The notes: generated from the letters alone by a model not told the origin. A stretch of 40,069 nucleotides of DNA from Elainellaceae cyanobacterium (GCA_051117555.1 JBNPEG010000015.1:18650-58718), one strand, 5' to 3'. Shown: positions 26,774 to 38,149, numbered from the stretch's first letter. Numbers and translations are program-made.

Positions 26774-28246
26774 TTATTTAATCATGGCTTCAAGGGTCGT
26801 TTGTAAGTCGTTTGTGAGTTGGGCGATCGCCGTGCGTCGATTGGTTTGATAGGCATCCCATCGATCGGATACCGACAGCGGCTCACCCACAGTAATCTGC
26901 GCATATTGAGCCCCCAAATCAGGTCTCTGAATGCGGGATTTCCCCGTAATTTGCGTCACCGTTTTCCAGACGAGCAGCGTAGTATCAGCAAACCGTTCAA
27001 CGGTGGGCTTTTCCGCCACATATTTACCGGTCACGCTCACAAACGTCTCGACCAGGCGCATGTGCCAGATACGCAGGTCAGCCTCCTCGGCAATCAAATC
27101 GGCTAACCCCCGCTCAACCGGAGACAGAGATTCTGCATTTTTCAAATCGTCTCGATAGATGCGGTTCCATCCGGCTTGTTCGACCCGACGGCAGCGATCG
27201 CTCAAATTGCCCTTGGGTTTGACCTCAAATGATTGCTCAGCAACATTGAGCGCTGCATTCAGCAACACATGTAGCCGTTTAGCCAGCCGTTCATTGGCTT
27301 CAGAGGGATGTAAGTTTTTGGGTGTGGGCGCGTCTGAGGATGAGTCTGTTTTGGGCAGATCCATCTCGATGATTTGGTGATAATACTTGCGATAAAACTC
27401 TTCCATTAGTGAGAGCAAATGCTCACCCATACGATAGAGGCGGCGATAGAGAATCTTTTCTTGCTCCAGGGTTGGCTCGACTCCATTTTGTAAGTCGGCA
27501 AGCTGACTCATGCCATTCCCGGTGTCCGTGTCCGAGAGAGGCGGTAGCCCCATCTCGAGTTCTAGCTGAGTCATGAGCGATTCGAGGGACTTCCAGGGAG
27601 CCTCTACATAGCGATATTGAATGCCCAGCGGCACAATCATAACGGGTTCTGACCGATTGGCTTTGCGGAGATCTTCAACGCACCAAAAACCGAACTGTGC
27701 GATCCCCGGTTCGATCGGGCTGACAATTTCATTGTGACCATTGGTGGCTCCTTCCGGGGCGATCGCAATCGGAAATCGCCCGTCTGCAAACAGATTGCGC
27801 ACCGACCGCAAGCCAATCACATCTAGCGATCCGCGCCGAATCGGAGTCCCCCCTAAGGTAGAGGCAAGCCAGCCCACAAACTTGCCTGCCCAGAGTGGAA
27901 TGCCGCGATCGTAAACAAAATGAGCATGAACAGGCGACTGAACTGAATAGCCATTCTGATGAGCATAGCGGGGAATCTGATTCCAAAGTACGTTCGCAAC
28001 GCAGGGGGGATCGCTTGTCGTCGGGTGGCGAAATGCAATCAAAAAGCGCACCTCTCCCGTCTGAAACTGCTCATAAAGACGTGCCAGCTTTTCAGCGTGA
28101 TGAATATCGACCTTGCGGATTTGCTTATACCATCGCAACCAAAATGGCAGGAGCGATCGCCCAATTCGCAAAACTAGTGGATTAAATCGAGGCGGAATAA
28201 ACTCCAACGGGGGCTGAGCGCGTGTAATCGGATGTGGCAATGTCAA
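26774..28246 (-). CDS. Phospholipid/glycerol acyltransferase (PlsC-like) family protein, long form
   Basis: HX4D motif (HPTTSD), GGTPIRRG, APEGATNG and IVPLGIQY. Confidence 0.85.
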   Translation of the reverse strand: MTLPHPITRAQPPLEFIPPRFNPLVLRIGRSLLPFWLRWYKQIRKVDIHHAEKLARLYEQFQTGEVRFLIAFRHPTTSDPPCVANVLWNQIPRYAHQNGYSVQSPVHAHFVYDRGIPLWAGKFVGWLASTLGGTPIRRGSLDVIGLRSVRNLFADGRFPIAIAPEGATNGHNEIVSPIEPGIAQFGFWCVEDLRKANRSEPVMIVPLGIQYRYVEAPWKSLESLMTQLELEMGLPPLSDTDTGNGMSQLADLQNGVEPTLEQEKILYRRLYRMGEHLLSLMEEFYRKYYHQIIEMDLPKTDSSSDAPTPKNLHPSEANERLAKRLHVLLNAALNVAEQSFEVKPKGNLSDRCRRVEQAGWNRIYRDDLKNAESLSPVERGLADLIAEEADLRIWHMRLVETFVSVTGKYVAEKPTVERFADTTLLVWKTVTQITGKSRIQRPDLGAQYAQITVGEPLSVSDRWDAYQTNRRTAIAQLTNDLQTTLEAMIK

Positions 28247-28441
28247 AATCTCCTAGCGGTTGGCAACCATCTACCCAAAAGTGCCCAAAAGGTGTCCAAA
28301 AGTAAGACCCTGATTAACCGGGCTATGGCATGTATCCGTCTCTCGGTAGTTGTTTGCAAGAAGGTATTTTTACACCTTATTCATAATGGCTGCAATTCCG
28401 GACGCATTGATGTGCTGTTCGCTGAACCGGAGTAAAGAATT

Positions 28442-30826
28442 ATGACCGTTGCAAATGTATCGTCCCCCCAATTGCCTCTCTCGTCAGAGGATCTGCGGAA
28501 AATGCATGCCTATTGGCGTGCGGCTAACTATCTCTCAGTTGGGCAAATTTATTTGTTAGATAACCCGTTGCTAAAAGAGCCCCTCAAACTTGAGCATATT
28601 AAGCCTCGCCTGTTGGGGCATTGGGGAACCACGCCGGGGTTGAACTTTATTTATGTTCATCTGAATCGAGTCATCAGCGCGATGGACTTGAACATGATTT
28701 ATATTACCGGGCCAGGACATGGGGGCCCCGGACTCGTTGCCAATACCTATCTCGAAGGCACTTACAGCGAAATCTATCCGAATATATCTTCAGATGAAGC
28801 CGGCATGAAAAAGCTGTTTAAGCAGTTTTCGTTTCCAGGGGGAGTTCCTAGCCACGTTGCACCTGAAACGCCGGGATCGATTCATGAGGGGGGAGAGTTA
28901 GGATATTCGCTATCGCATGCTCACGGTGCCGCATTCGATAATCCTGATCTGATTGTGGCGTGCGTTGTCGGAGACGGGGAAGCCGAAACAGGCCCTCTTG
29001 CAACTAGCTGGCATTCTAATAAATTTCTTAATCCGGTGCATGATGGCGCGGTATTGCCAATTTTGCACCTCAATGGGTATAAGATTGCCAACCCGACCCT
29101 TTTGGCGCGTATCGGACAGCATGAGCTTGAAAATCTGTTTATTGGCTATGGCTATAAGCCATATTTTGTAGAAGGGTCTGATCCTGAGACAACCCATCAG
29201 TTGATGGCAGCGACGCTAGATACCGTCATCCAGGACATCAAGGCCATTCAGAAAGAGGCTCGTCAACACGGCCACATCGAGCGTCCCCAATGGCCCATGA
29301 TCATCATGAAAACGCCTAAGGGATGGACGGGACCTGACGAAGTCGATGGCAAAAAAACAGAGGGCTTCTGGCGATCGCACCAGGTTCCGCTATCGGGGAT
29401 GGCGAGCAATCCTGAGCATGTCAAGGGCTTGGAAGCCTGGATGAAACACTACAAGCCAGAGGAACTCTTTGATGAGCAGGGCACATTGATCCCCGAACTG
29501 GCAGAACTTGCCCCAACGGGCGATCGCCGCATGGGAGCCAATCCCCATGCGAATGGGGGAGTCCTCCTGCGAGATTTGATCATGCCCGATTTTCGCGATT
29601 ACAAGGTTGACGTACCCAACCCTGGGGCAGTCATTGCTGAAGACACTCGTCAAGCTGGTATCTTCTTACGCGACGTGATGCGTCTCAATGCTAAAAACTC
29701 CAACTTTCGGATCGTTGGTCCTGATGAAGTGGAATCAAATCGCCTAGGTGCCGTCTTTGAAGTCACCAATCGCGCTTGGGTCGCTGAGCATCTGCCTGAA
29801 GATGAACATCTTGATGTCGGCGGGCGAGTCATGGAAATCTTGAGTGAGCATACCTGTCAGGGCTGGCTAGAAGGATATTTGCTCACCGGAAGACATGGAT
29901 TTTTTCCGTGCTACGAAGCTTTTATCCACATCGTAGATTCCATGTTTAATCAACACGCGAAGTGGCTCAAAGTCTCGCGGAATATCCCGTGGCGTCGTCC
30001 CATTGCCTCTCTCAACTATCTGCTAACCTCCCACGTCTGGCGGCAAGATCACAACGGCTTTTCTCATCAAGATCCCGGCTTTATCGATCACGTCGTCAAT
30101 AAAAAAGCAGACGTGATTCGGGTCTATCTTCCACCCGATGCCAATACGCTGCTGTCCGTTGTCGACCATTGTTTGCGGAGTCGCAATTATGTCAACGTCA
30201 TCGTTGCCGGAAAACAACCCGAGCTTCAGTTCTTAAATATGGATGCAGCTATTAAACACTGCACGGCTGGAATCGGCATCTGGGAGTGGGCAAGCAACGA
30301 TCGCGAAAGTGAACCTGACGTGGTGATGGCATGTGCCGGTGATGTACCCACGATCGAAACCTTGGCAGCCGTGGATATGTTGCGTCACTTTTTCCCAGAG
30401 TTGAAAGTACGCGTCGTTAACATTGTCGATTTGATGAAGCTGCAACCTGAAGAAGAACATCCGCATGGATTGTCAAATAAAGACTTTGACGCGATTTTCA
30501 CGACCGATAAGCCCATCATCTTTGCCTATCATGGCTACCCGTGGCTGATTCATCGCCTGACGTATCGGCGGACCAATCACAAAAATCTCCATGTCAGAGG
30601 CTATAAGGAAGAAGGCACGACAACCACGCCGTTCGACATGGTTGTCATGAATGACCTCGATCGCTTCCATTTAGTCGGCGACGTCATCGATCGGGTTCCG
30701 AAGCTCGGCTATGCTGCTGCCTATGCCAAGCAAGATATTCGCAATAAGCTCATCGAGCATAAAGAATACGTGCATCAGCATGGGCAAGACATGCCAGAAG
30801 TGCGGAACTGGAAGTGGCCTCACTAA
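28442..30826 (+). CDS. xfp: Phosphoketolase (XFP family)
   Basis: [28 protein letters not shown]-binding GDGEAETG...[14 protein letters not shown] and [14 protein letters not shown]. Confidence 0.97.
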   Translation: MTVANVSSPQLPLSSEDLRKMHAYWRAANYLSVGQIYLLDNPLLKEPLKLEHIKPRLLGHWGTTPGLNFIYVHLNRVISAMDLNMIYITGPGHGGPGLVANTYLEGTYSEIYPNISSDEAGMKKLFKQFSFPGGVPSHVAPETPGSIHEGGELGYSLSHAHGAAFDNPDLIVACVVGDGEAETGPLATSWHSNKFLNPVHDGAVLPILHLNGYKIANPTLLARIGQHELENLFIGYGYKPYFVEGSDPETTHQLMAATLDTVIQDIKAIQKEARQHGHIERPQWPMIIMKTPKGWTGPDEVDGKKTEGFWRSHQVPLSGMASNPEHVKGLEAWMKHYKPEELFDEQGTLIPELAELAPTGDRRMGANPHANGGVLLRDLIMPDFRDYKVDVPNPGAVIAEDTRQAGIFLRDVMRLNAKNSNFRIVGPDEVESNRLGAVFEVTNRAWVAEHLPEDEHLDVGGRVMEILSEHTCQGWLEGYLLTGRHGFFPCYEAFIHIVDSMFNQHAKWLKVSRNIPWRRPIASLNYLLTSHVWRQDHNGFSHQDPGFIDHVVNKKADVIRVYLPPDANTLLSVVDHCLRSRNYVNVIVAGKQPELQFLNMDAAIKHCTAGIGIWEWASNDRESEPDVVMACAGDVPTIETLAAVDMLRHFFPELKVRVVNIVDLMKLQPEEEHPHGLSNKDFDAIFTTDKPIIFAYHGYPWLIHRLTYRRTNHKNLHVRGYKEEGTTTTPFDMVVMNDLDRFHLVGDVIDRVPKLGYAAAYAKQDIRNKLIEHKEYVHQHGQDMPEVRNWKWPH

Positions 30827-30851
30827 TGGCCTACCTTGGTCAAGCTCCTCT

Positions 30852-31124
30852 TTACTGACTGATTGGCTCTATCTCATCCGGATAGAAGCTATACATAACC
30901 TCGGTTCCAACCTCGTCTGTGTAGGTTGTAGAGGTATCGGGATCGTAAAGATGAACGACGATTTCGTTGATGCTAGCCTCGTCTTTGTCAATCTCGATAG
31001 GAGGAGCTTGGAAGGTTTCTGGATTACTTCTTACAATGCCAACTACCACACCAAATTTATATTCCTTCTCATCTGGTGTGGGTTGAAACGAGCGTTTAAG
31101 GCGTACAAGTTCGCCTAGTTCCAT
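30852..31124 (-). CDS. Small acidic hypothetical protein, possibly SH3-like
   Basis: 90 aa from the ATG at 31124: MELGELVRLK...KFGVVVGIV...IVVHL...SFYPDEIE. Confidence 0.65.
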   Translation of the reverse strand: MELGELVRLKRSFQPTPDEKEYKFGVVVGIVRSNPETFQAPPIEIDKDEASINEIVVHLYDPDTSTTYTDEVGTEVMYSFYPDEIEPISQ

Positions 31125-31235
31125 TGCAACAAATCCTGCGATCGCACCCCTGACAATGCTGCTGCACACTACAAGCAACAACAGCACCTCACCCTACCAT
31201 GTTCATTCACTACGCCATTTCCCGGTAAGCGTCTA

Positions 31236-31463
31236 CTACTGCCCAATCCCAAGCTCTTTCTTGCTTTTCTTGAGCTGTTTCCAGAGTGATTTGAGCTGCC
31301 CAAACGACTCTTCTGGCGAGAGTTTGCCCGATGTTTCTAAATTGCAGATATAGCCAACTTGCTGAGCAAACTCTTGCAAATTTGCATTAAACACTAGATT
31401 TTCTGGCTTAACGTTTCCCCGATATCTGGAGCGAGGGTATAAAAAATCGTGTTTATCTGTCAT
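31236..31463 (-). CDS. Small conserved cyanobacterial hypothetical protein
   Basis: FLYPRSRYRG...PENLVFNANLQEFAQQVGYICNLETSGK...LWKQLK, a motif recognised from cyanobacterial proteins. Function unknown. Confidence 0.85.
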   Translation of the reverse strand: MTDKHDFLYPRSRYRGNVKPENLVFNANLQEFAQQVGYICNLETSGKLSPEESFGQLKSLWKQLKKSKKELGIGQ

Positions 31464-31769
31464 GTCGGTCTCTCACTCAGTGCAATAGGATTCAAATCTA
31501 GAAAATTAAAGTCAGGAAAAAATTGATTGAGGTCACATTCTATAGAGAATTTTAACCTGATCTTAACCTATCAGAAATCTGATGAATGGCGTAGATTCCT
31601 ATAAAACTTTATGGAAGGATTAACTGCCGAGGAGATGAATTGGATACCATCAAACATTGTCCAACTTTGAAGATACGCCGTAAGGGCTAAGCGAGGACAA
31701 ACCCCCTGGATGATAGAGTCTTGATGTAACGACAGCCCAATTAGCGAGTCTACCCATCCCACTAGAATC

Positions 31770-33077
31770 ATGACTGTTTCTCCCTATGCTGCTCTTCATC
31801 AAGAGTCTTTGTCCCTCAAGCACAGCGAATTTACTCAGGTTTTATCCAGCATTGAAAATTTGCTAATCATTCAAGATTTAGACGGCGTGTGCATGGGGCT
31901 TGTTAAAGATCCACTGCATCGAGTCATGGATACGGACTATGTGCAAGCAACTCAATCATTTGATGGTCATTTTTATGTCTTAACGAATGGCGAACACATC
32001 GGACAGCGAGGCATAAACAGCATCATTGAACGGGCATTTGGAGATGCCGATCGGGTGAAGCAAGATGGGCTATATCTGCCTGGTTTGGCAGCCGGTGGAG
32101 TACAGTGGCAAACTCGGTCGGGAGAGGTGTCTCATCCTGGAGTCAGTTCTGATGAACTTGCATTCTTAAAGGAAGTGCCGAGTCGTATTCATGCCAAAAT
32201 CCAGCAGTTTTTTGACGCCCACGCCACCGAATTACCCGACGATATATCGACTAACGTCATCGATCAGTGCATCCAAGTCTCTGTGCTCGACAATGTGGCA
32301 TCTCCAACCGCAAATCTGAACACGTGTCATGAAGTGCTCATTGAGCATCCGATGCTGTATCGCGCTCTCCAACACGCCATAGAAGTCCTGATGAATGAGC
32401 TGTTGCACGATGCTGAGCAGCGAGGACTGGGGGATTCATTTTTCGTCCACTATGCGCCAAATTTGGGACGAGACGACTCGGGTGATGAACTCGTCTGGTT
32501 TGCTCAAGGCAAGGAATCTGGAACAACGGACTTTCAATTTATGCTGCGCGGAGCCATCAAAGAAGCTGGAGTGTTAGCGCTGCTAAATCGCTACTATCAC
32601 GACAGAACGGGGATCTATCCGCTTGGTGAAGAGTTCAGTGCTCGACAGGCTCCCAAACAGCACGCCGCCCTTGTCGACTTGGTGAAAACTAACTTCGATC
32701 CTGCCTTGATGCCTATCATCGTTGGTGTAGGGGATACGGTGACGAGTAAGGCGGTTGACGAGGGCGATCGCCTGGTGTTTAAGCGAGGAGGGAGCGATCG
32801 CAACTTTCTGCAACTCATTCAAGACATCGGCCACGAGCTAGATACCGGCAACATCATCGCCTACGTTGATAGCAGTGGCGGAGAAGTCAAAAACCGCAAA
32901 CCCCTCCCCCTCGATACCGTAGATGAAGCGTTGATCGTCTTAGAAGGCCCTGGCGATTCGCGAGATGTAGACGATCCGCTCACGCTCAATGTTGTGTTTC
33001 CGGGAGGATATCAAGAATACACAGCTATATTCAAAAAAGCGGCTGAGGCTCGGCAGCGGACTATCTACGGGCACTAG
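31770..33077 (+). CDS. stpA: Glucosylglycerol-phosphate phosphatase (StpA/GgpP)
   Basis: LIIQDLDGVCMGLVKDPL (HAD DxD), VLTNGEH, YLPGLAAGGVQWQ, GTTDFQFM, GVGDTVTS and RGGSDR. Confidence 0.93.
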   Translation: MTVSPYAALHQESLSLKHSEFTQVLSSIENLLIIQDLDGVCMGLVKDPLHRVMDTDYVQATQSFDGHFYVLTNGEHIGQRGINSIIERAFGDADRVKQDGLYLPGLAAGGVQWQTRSGEVSHPGVSSDELAFLKEVPSRIHAKIQQFFDAHATELPDDISTNVIDQCIQVSVLDNVASPTANLNTCHEVLIEHPMLYRALQHAIEVLMNELLHDAEQRGLGDSFFVHYAPNLGRDDSGDELVWFAQGKESGTTDFQFMLRGAIKEAGVLALLNRYYHDRTGIYPLGEEFSARQAPKQHAALVDLVKTNFDPALMPIIVGVGDTVTSKAVDEGDRLVFKRGGSDRNFLQLIQDIGHELDTGNIIAYVDSSGGEVKNRKPLPLDTVDEALIVLEGPGDSRDVDDPLTLNVVFPGGYQEYTAIFKKAAEARQRTIYGH

Positions 33078-33269
33078 GCTGCGGGCAATTAAGCAGATTA
33101 CAAGCAGGTGGATGGATTTGAAACTGTGCTGCGGATTCGGTCATGACTGCAAGGTGAGCACAGCAATGAGCTGAATCGAGGCTTAAGCTGATCATTAATC
33201 GATTCTCAGGACGAAATCATCTGTCTTCGATACTGTGAGGCAAAACAAAGATAACCCCAAGGAGACACT

Positions 33270-34037
33270 ATGAAACTAGATGGTCAGGTTGCCTTAGTTA
33301 CGGGTGGAAGCGGCGGGATTGGTCAAGGTATTTCGATTCGCCTTGCCGAAGAAGGTGCTGACGTGGTGATTAACTATCGATCTGACCTCGAAGAAGCCCA
33401 AGAAACTAAAGAAAAAGTCGAAGCGGCGGGGCGCAGCGGGTTGATCGTGCAGGCGGATCTGAGCAAAATGGAGGATATCCAACGGCTCGTTGCCGATAGC
33501 ATTCAGCACTTTGGCAAGCTCGATATCCTAATCAACAATGCTGGGGTAGAAAAAAGCGCGTCCTTTTGGGAGGTGACCGAGAAGGACTATGACATCGTTA
33601 TGAATGTCAATCTCAAAGGGGCTTTTTTTGCGGCTCAAGCGCTTGTCAAACATCTGATTGAAACTGAACGTCCTGGACGCATCATTAATATTAGTTCAGT
33701 CCATGAAGAACTGCCGTTTCCTCACTTCACGCCATACTGCGCCAGCAAAGGTGGCATGAAAATGATGATGCGGAACATGGCAGTAGAGCTAGGCTCCTAC
33801 GGCATCACGGTCAATAATGTGGCGCCCGGAGCGATTGAAACGCCCATCAACACCCAACTTTTGAACAATCCAGAAAAGCTCAACGCGCTGCTAAAAAACA
33901 TTCCGCTCAATCGCCTCGGCCAGCCCCATGATGTCGCTGCGCTAGTCGCGTTTCTAGCGTCGCCTGATGCAAGCTACATCACTGGATCGACTCTTTATGT
34001 AGATGGAGGATTACTCTGGAATTATCAGGAGCAGTAG
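33270..34037 (+). CDS. Glucose 1-dehydrogenase-like SDR
   Basis: TGGSGGIG, INYRS, NNAG, NISSVHE..P.P.F..YCASKGG, APGAIETPIN and VDGG. AGGAG RBS. Confidence 0.88.
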   Translation: MKLDGQVALVTGGSGGIGQGISIRLAEEGADVVINYRSDLEEAQETKEKVEAAGRSGLIVQADLSKMEDIQRLVADSIQHFGKLDILINNAGVEKSASFWEVTEKDYDIVMNVNLKGAFFAAQALVKHLIETERPGRIINISSVHEELPFPHFTPYCASKGGMKMMMRNMAVELGSYGITVNNVAPGAIETPINTQLLNNPEKLNALLKNIPLNRLGQPHDVAALVAFLASPDASYITGSTLYVDGGLLWNYQEQ

Positions 34038-34045
34038 AGTAGGTG

Positions 34046-34774
34046 TTACACATCTGCTTCGTGACTGGTGTTTTGAGATGCCCCGTTTAGGGTGTGTTCT
34101 ATTTGTGTAAAGTAGATAGTGCGAATATCATCGGGTAACGCTGCTTCTAGCCGCTGATAGCCTTGACGAAGCTGTTCTTTTACCTCAGACGCTGAGATGC
34201 GATCGCCCTCTGCCTGGAGATGCGCCGCAATGCGAGTGTCGCTCCAATGAAACGTTTGCGTCATCAAAACCATGAGGCGTTGCATGGGAGGCAAGCGATC
34301 GATTGCTTGCTCAACATAGCACCACAGCGGCGGTGACGCATCAGCAAGGGAGTAATGAATCGACTCAACTGGAGGGATAGGGGCTTGGTTAATACAAGCG
34401 GCTGTGACGTTAATCAGCCAACTCTGCAACTGAATAGATTTCGATTTCGATTTAGAGGTTGATCCCACGTTGGGTGACTCTAATTGCTTAGACGGAAATT
34501 GCTTAGACGGAGTGATCTGACGCAAATCTAATCCGCGCAGTTCATGAAAAATATGGCGCCACGTCACGGCAAATAGGTATTCTGCTTGAACGGGCGATCG
34601 CGCTGAATGCCGAATCAGGCTAAACACAATCGAGCTATATCGGCAAAACAACGCAACAAAATATTGCCCAGAGTCAGGATGTCGCTGCAGCAGTGTCACT
34701 AACTCTTGATCACTATAGTGAACTAGAGACTTGACGAGGGGATGACTACATTCAGAAAAAATTGGCGGTTGCAC
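34046..34774 (-). CDS. Sigma-70 ECF-like protein (divergent region 2 and region 4)
   Basis: SDQELV...FVALFCRYS, SWLINVT and AIDRLPPMQRLMV...SDTRIA. GTG start. The usual DxxQ motif is absent. Confidence 0.7.
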   Translation of the reverse strand: MQPPIFSECSHPLVKSLVHYSDQELVTLLQRHPDSGQYFVALFCRYSSIVFSLIRHSARSPVQAEYLFAVTWRHIFHELRGLDLRQITPSKQFPSKQLESPNVGSTSKSKSKSIQLQSWLINVTAACINQAPIPPVESIHYSLADASPPLWCYVEQAIDRLPPMQRLMVLMTQTFHWSDTRIAAHLQAEGDRISASEVKEQLRQGYQRLEAALPDDIRTIYFTQIEHTLNGASQNTSHEADV

Positions 34775-34910
34775 AATACCGATTTACTGAGTCCAGCACA
34801 TTAAAGAGTACGACTATGAAACTAAGGTCGGTTGCCCTTGATTCTACTCGCTTTCGTTGCACGGCTACGCTGAAATATTAAGGTTTAAAGACTCCCCACC
34901 TGTGATGATC

Positions 34911-34987
34911 AGATGGGTTGTGAGCGGTGGGGCGGGGCCGCCCGTCCCACCGCTCACACACAATTTACAAGCGATTTAGGATCGCTA
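34911..34987 (+). mobile_element. MITE-like dispersed repeat, family 1, copy D (left end truncated)
   Basis: AGATGGGTTGTGAGCGGTGGGGCGGG-GCCG-CCCGTCCCACCGCTCACA...ACAAGCGATTTAGGATCGCTA-TA aligns to copy A. Confidence 0.75.
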
Positions 34988-35169
34988 TATCATCCAAAAA
35001 TAGCGGAGAGGCGTGAAACTTAAGAACAACTTTCAAGATTTATAGAACTTCCTCATCAATTCCCTACCCGTTTGTTCAGCCAATGGACGATATACTGTCC
35101 ATAGTGTTAAGCAGAAACTTTACACGATAAGCAATCCAGTTCCTAACGTTCACTCGACACTCAGAAAGC

Positions 35170-36288
35170 ATGAATCCAGGAATCGACTTACAAGGAAGCT
35201 TTATCCACATCCTCACCGATTTAGGGCTCCCTATCGGAGCCGCAAAACTCGTGTGGATTCCCTTACCGATGCTGGTTATTCTGATCGGCGCGACATTTGC
35301 TGTATTGGTCACGACATGGCTAGAAAGGAAAATCTCAGCCGCCGCGCAACAGCGAATCGGTCCTGAATATGCAGGCCCTCTAGGAATGCTGATTCCGGTA
35401 GCAGACGGGCTCAAGCTGCTTGTCAAAGAAGATATCTTGCCTGCCAAGGCAGATCCGTGGCTATACACTATGGGTCCCGTTTTAGTTGTAGTCCCGGTAT
35501 TTCTCTCCTATATTGTGGTGCCGTTCGGACAAAATCTTCAAATCACAGATTTAGGTGTCGGTATTTTCCTCTGGATTGCGCTGTCGAGCATTGCTCCTAT
35601 CGGCCTATTAATGTCCGGATATGCATCCAATAACAAATATTCGCTTTTAGGGGGGTTGCGAGCCGCCGCCCAGTCAATCAGCTACGAGCTCCCCCTAGCG
35701 CTCTCCGTGTTGGCAGTTGTCTTAATGTCAAACTCGTTGAGTACGATAGACATCGTTAATCAGCAAGCTGACTTTGGCATTTTGAGTTGGAATGTGTGGC
35801 GTCAGCCTGTTGGTTTTATCATCTTTTGGATCGCTGCATTGGCAGAATGTGAACGGCTTCCCTTTGATTTGCCAGAGGCCGAAGAAGAACTCGTGGCCGG
35901 ATATCAAACGGAGTATGCCGGAATGCGGTTCGGTTTATTCTTCTTGGGAGCATACGTCAATTTGGTGCTTTCCGCCCTGCTTTTTGCGGTCTTGTATTTA
36001 GGGGGATGGAGTTTTCCCATTCCTGTTGAGTGGATCGCAGATTGGCTTGGAATCAGCGAAACGACACCTTGGCTTCAAGTTATTACTGGCGCCTTGGGTA
36101 TCGCAATGACCGCATTCAAGGCATACCTGCTTATCTTTCTCGCTATTTTGTTGAGATGGACAGTGCCTCGTGTACGGATTGACCAGCTTCTCGATTTAGG
36201 ATGGAAGTTTTTGCTTCCTGTTTCTCTTGTCAATCTGTTGCTGACTGCCGGTCTTAAGCTCGCATTTCCAATGGCATTTGGCGGATAA
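35170..36288 (+). CDS. ndhA: NDH-1 subunit 1 (NdhA/NuoH)
   Basis: [54 protein letters not shown] and PRVRIDQL. Confidence 0.98.
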   Translation: MNPGIDLQGSFIHILTDLGLPIGAAKLVWIPLPMLVILIGATFAVLVTTWLERKISAAAQQRIGPEYAGPLGMLIPVADGLKLLVKEDILPAKADPWLYTMGPVLVVVPVFLSYIVVPFGQNLQITDLGVGIFLWIALSSIAPIGLLMSGYASNNKYSLLGGLRAAAQSISYELPLALSVLAVVLMSNSLSTIDIVNQQADFGILSWNVWRQPVGFIIFWIAALAECERLPFDLPEAEEELVAGYQTEYAGMRFGLFFLGAYVNLVLSALLFAVLYLGGWSFPIPVEWIADWLGISETTPWLQVITGALGIAMTAFKAYLLIFLAILLRWTVPRVRIDQLLDLGWKFLLPVSLVNLLLTAGLKLAFPMAFGG

Positions 36289-36405
36289 TTAAGCCTGCAT
36301 TCCCTATAGCTATCCAAAATCATCATTGTTGCCCAGGTCAAAAAATCGCTAGCCTAAAGCTAGACGCGGTTTAAGCAGACCATTTTTGAGAGAGAGTGAC
36401 ATCCC

Positions 36406-37023
36406 ATGCTGAAGTTTCTCAAGCAAGTCAGTGACTACACCAAAGGAACTGTTCAAGCGGCGCGATATATCGGTCAAGGGCTTTCTGTGACGTTTGATCA
36501 CATGCAACGCCGCCCTGTCTCAGTTCAGTATCCGTACGAAAAGCTGATTCCTTCGGAGCGGTATCGCGGACGCATCCACTTTGAGTTTGATAAGTGTATT
36601 TCATGTGAAGTCTGTGTTCGAGTGTGCCCAATTAATCTCCCCGTTGTAGATTGGGAATTTAACCGAGAAACCAAGAAAAAGAATCTCAAGCATTACAGCA
36701 TCGACTTTGGAGTGTGCATATTCTGCGGCAACTGCGTAGAGTATTGCCCTACAAATTGTTTATCGATGACCGAAGAATATGAAATGGCGAGTTACGATCG
36801 CCACGAGTTGAATTATGACAATGTGGCTCTCGGTCGATTGCCCTACAAAGTCACTCAAGACCCAATGGTACAGCCTCTGCGCGAGTTGGCCTATTTGCCT
36901 AAGGGAGTCACCAATCCTCATGACTTGCCGGCTGGATCTCGGCGGGCAGGTAAGATGCCAGAAGAAATTCTGGACGAGATGGAAGATGAGGACGCTGCGG
37001 CGACATCGGAGAGTGCAAAATAA
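36406..37023 (+). CDS. ndhI: NDH-1 subunit I
   Basis: Two CxxCxxCxxxCP ferredoxin motifs and QYPYEK...RGRIH. Confidence 0.98.
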   Translation: MLKFLKQVSDYTKGTVQAARYIGQGLSVTFDHMQRRPVSVQYPYEKLIPSERYRGRIHFEFDKCISCEVCVRVCPINLPVVDWEFNRETKKKNLKHYSIDFGVCIFCGNCVEYCPTNCLSMTEEYEMASYDRHELNYDNVALGRLPYKVTQDPMVQPLRELAYLPKGVTNPHDLPAGSRRAGKMPEEILDEMEDEDAAATSESAK

Positions 37024-37165
37024 GCTGCATTATGTAGATTGCGTGCAGATGTCGTGCAGGCGCACTTGAGTGAAGTGCACGTCATCAGGTTTGACCATGG
37101 GGCTGCGAATCGAAAGTATTTGGGATGCTTGTGACAATTAATCGTGAGGCGAGGAGAGTATCAAG

Positions 37166-37792
37166 GTGAATTTAGCTGATGGAGTCCAGATTGTTTCCCT
37201 AGGGGTGTTGGGAGTCATGATGATTGGCACAGCGCTTGGTGTTGTCCTGTTGTCTAATATCGTGTATTCCGCATTCCTGCTGGGTGGCGTATTTATCAGC
37301 ATGTCGGGCATGTTCATCTTGCTCAATGCGGGTTTTGTAGCAGCCGCCCAGATTCTTATTTATGTGGGTGCGGTGAACGTTCTGATCTTGTTCGGAATTA
37401 TGCTCGTCAATAAAGATGAAGATTTCGCGCAAATTCCAAATGCATGGATTGGGCGGACAGCGACTGCGGTGGTGTGTCTAGGGCTATTCGCTTTGCTAGG
37501 AACCATGATTTTGGCAACACCCTGGTCACTTTCAACGGCACCCAGCGCAGGTGACGGAGCAACCGTCGAAATTGGGAAACACCTGTTTAGTGATTTTCTA
37601 CTACCGTTTGAGCTGGCGTCTGTATTGTTGCTGATGGCATTGCTAGGGGCGATTGTGTTGGCACGGCGCGAATTCTTGCCGGACGACGAGTTAGAGCAAG
37701 TTGCTAAAGCTCGTCAAGCTGAGTTTATGCTAGCGGAGCGCCCTCGGGAGCTATCAACTGCTAGCAGCAGCCGAAATGCTTCGCAAGAATAG
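37166..37792 (+). CDS. ndhG: NDH-1 subunit 6 (NdhG/NuoJ)
   Basis: [26 protein letters not shown] and [14 protein letters not shown] start after GGAGAG. Confidence 0.96.
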   Translation: MNLADGVQIVSLGVLGVMMIGTALGVVLLSNIVYSAFLLGGVFISMSGMFILLNAGFVAAAQILIYVGAVNVLILFGIMLVNKDEDFAQIPNAWIGRTATAVVCLGLFALLGTMILATPWSLSTAPSAGDGATVEIGKHLFSDFLLPFELASVLLLMALLGAIVLARREFLPDDELEQVAKARQAEFMLAERPRELSTASSSRNASQE

Positions 37793-37839
37793 CGAGATCG
37801 ATTGTCAAGGCATTTGAAGACGTTGGGAGTCATGGTGAT

Positions 37840-38145
37840 ATGCAACTTGAATATTTTCTTTTTTTAGCCGCGGCGTTATTTTGCATCGGTATCTTTGGTT
37901 TGGTAACGAGTCGAAATGCGATTCGAGTCTTGATGTCGATTGAGCTATTGCTCAATGCAGTCAATCTCAATCTATTGGCGTTTTCAAATTACTTAGACCC
38001 TGCAACCATTAAAGGTCAAGTGTTTGGTGTATTTGTAATCACAATTGCAGCGGCTGAATCAGCGGTGGGCTTGGCAATTGTGCTTTCAATTTATCGCAAT
38101 CGCGACACGGTGGATATGGAGCAATTTAATCTCTTGAAATGGTAG
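37840..38145 (+). CDS. ndhE: NDH-1 subunit 4L (NdhE/NuoK)
   Basis: [30 protein letters not shown] and FNLLKW. Confidence 0.97.
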   Translation: MQLEYFLFLAAALFCIGIFGLVTSRNAIRVLMSIELLLNAVNLNLLAFSNYLDPATIKGQVFGVFVITIAAAESAVGLAIVLSIYRNRDTVDMEQFNLLKW

Positions 38146-38149
38146 TGGC

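Noticed and set aside
35076..35468. 130-aa ORF antisense to ndhA, and the many similar shadow ORFs in the track
   Set aside because: They overlap well-supported genes on the opposite strand or in another frame and show no motifs.
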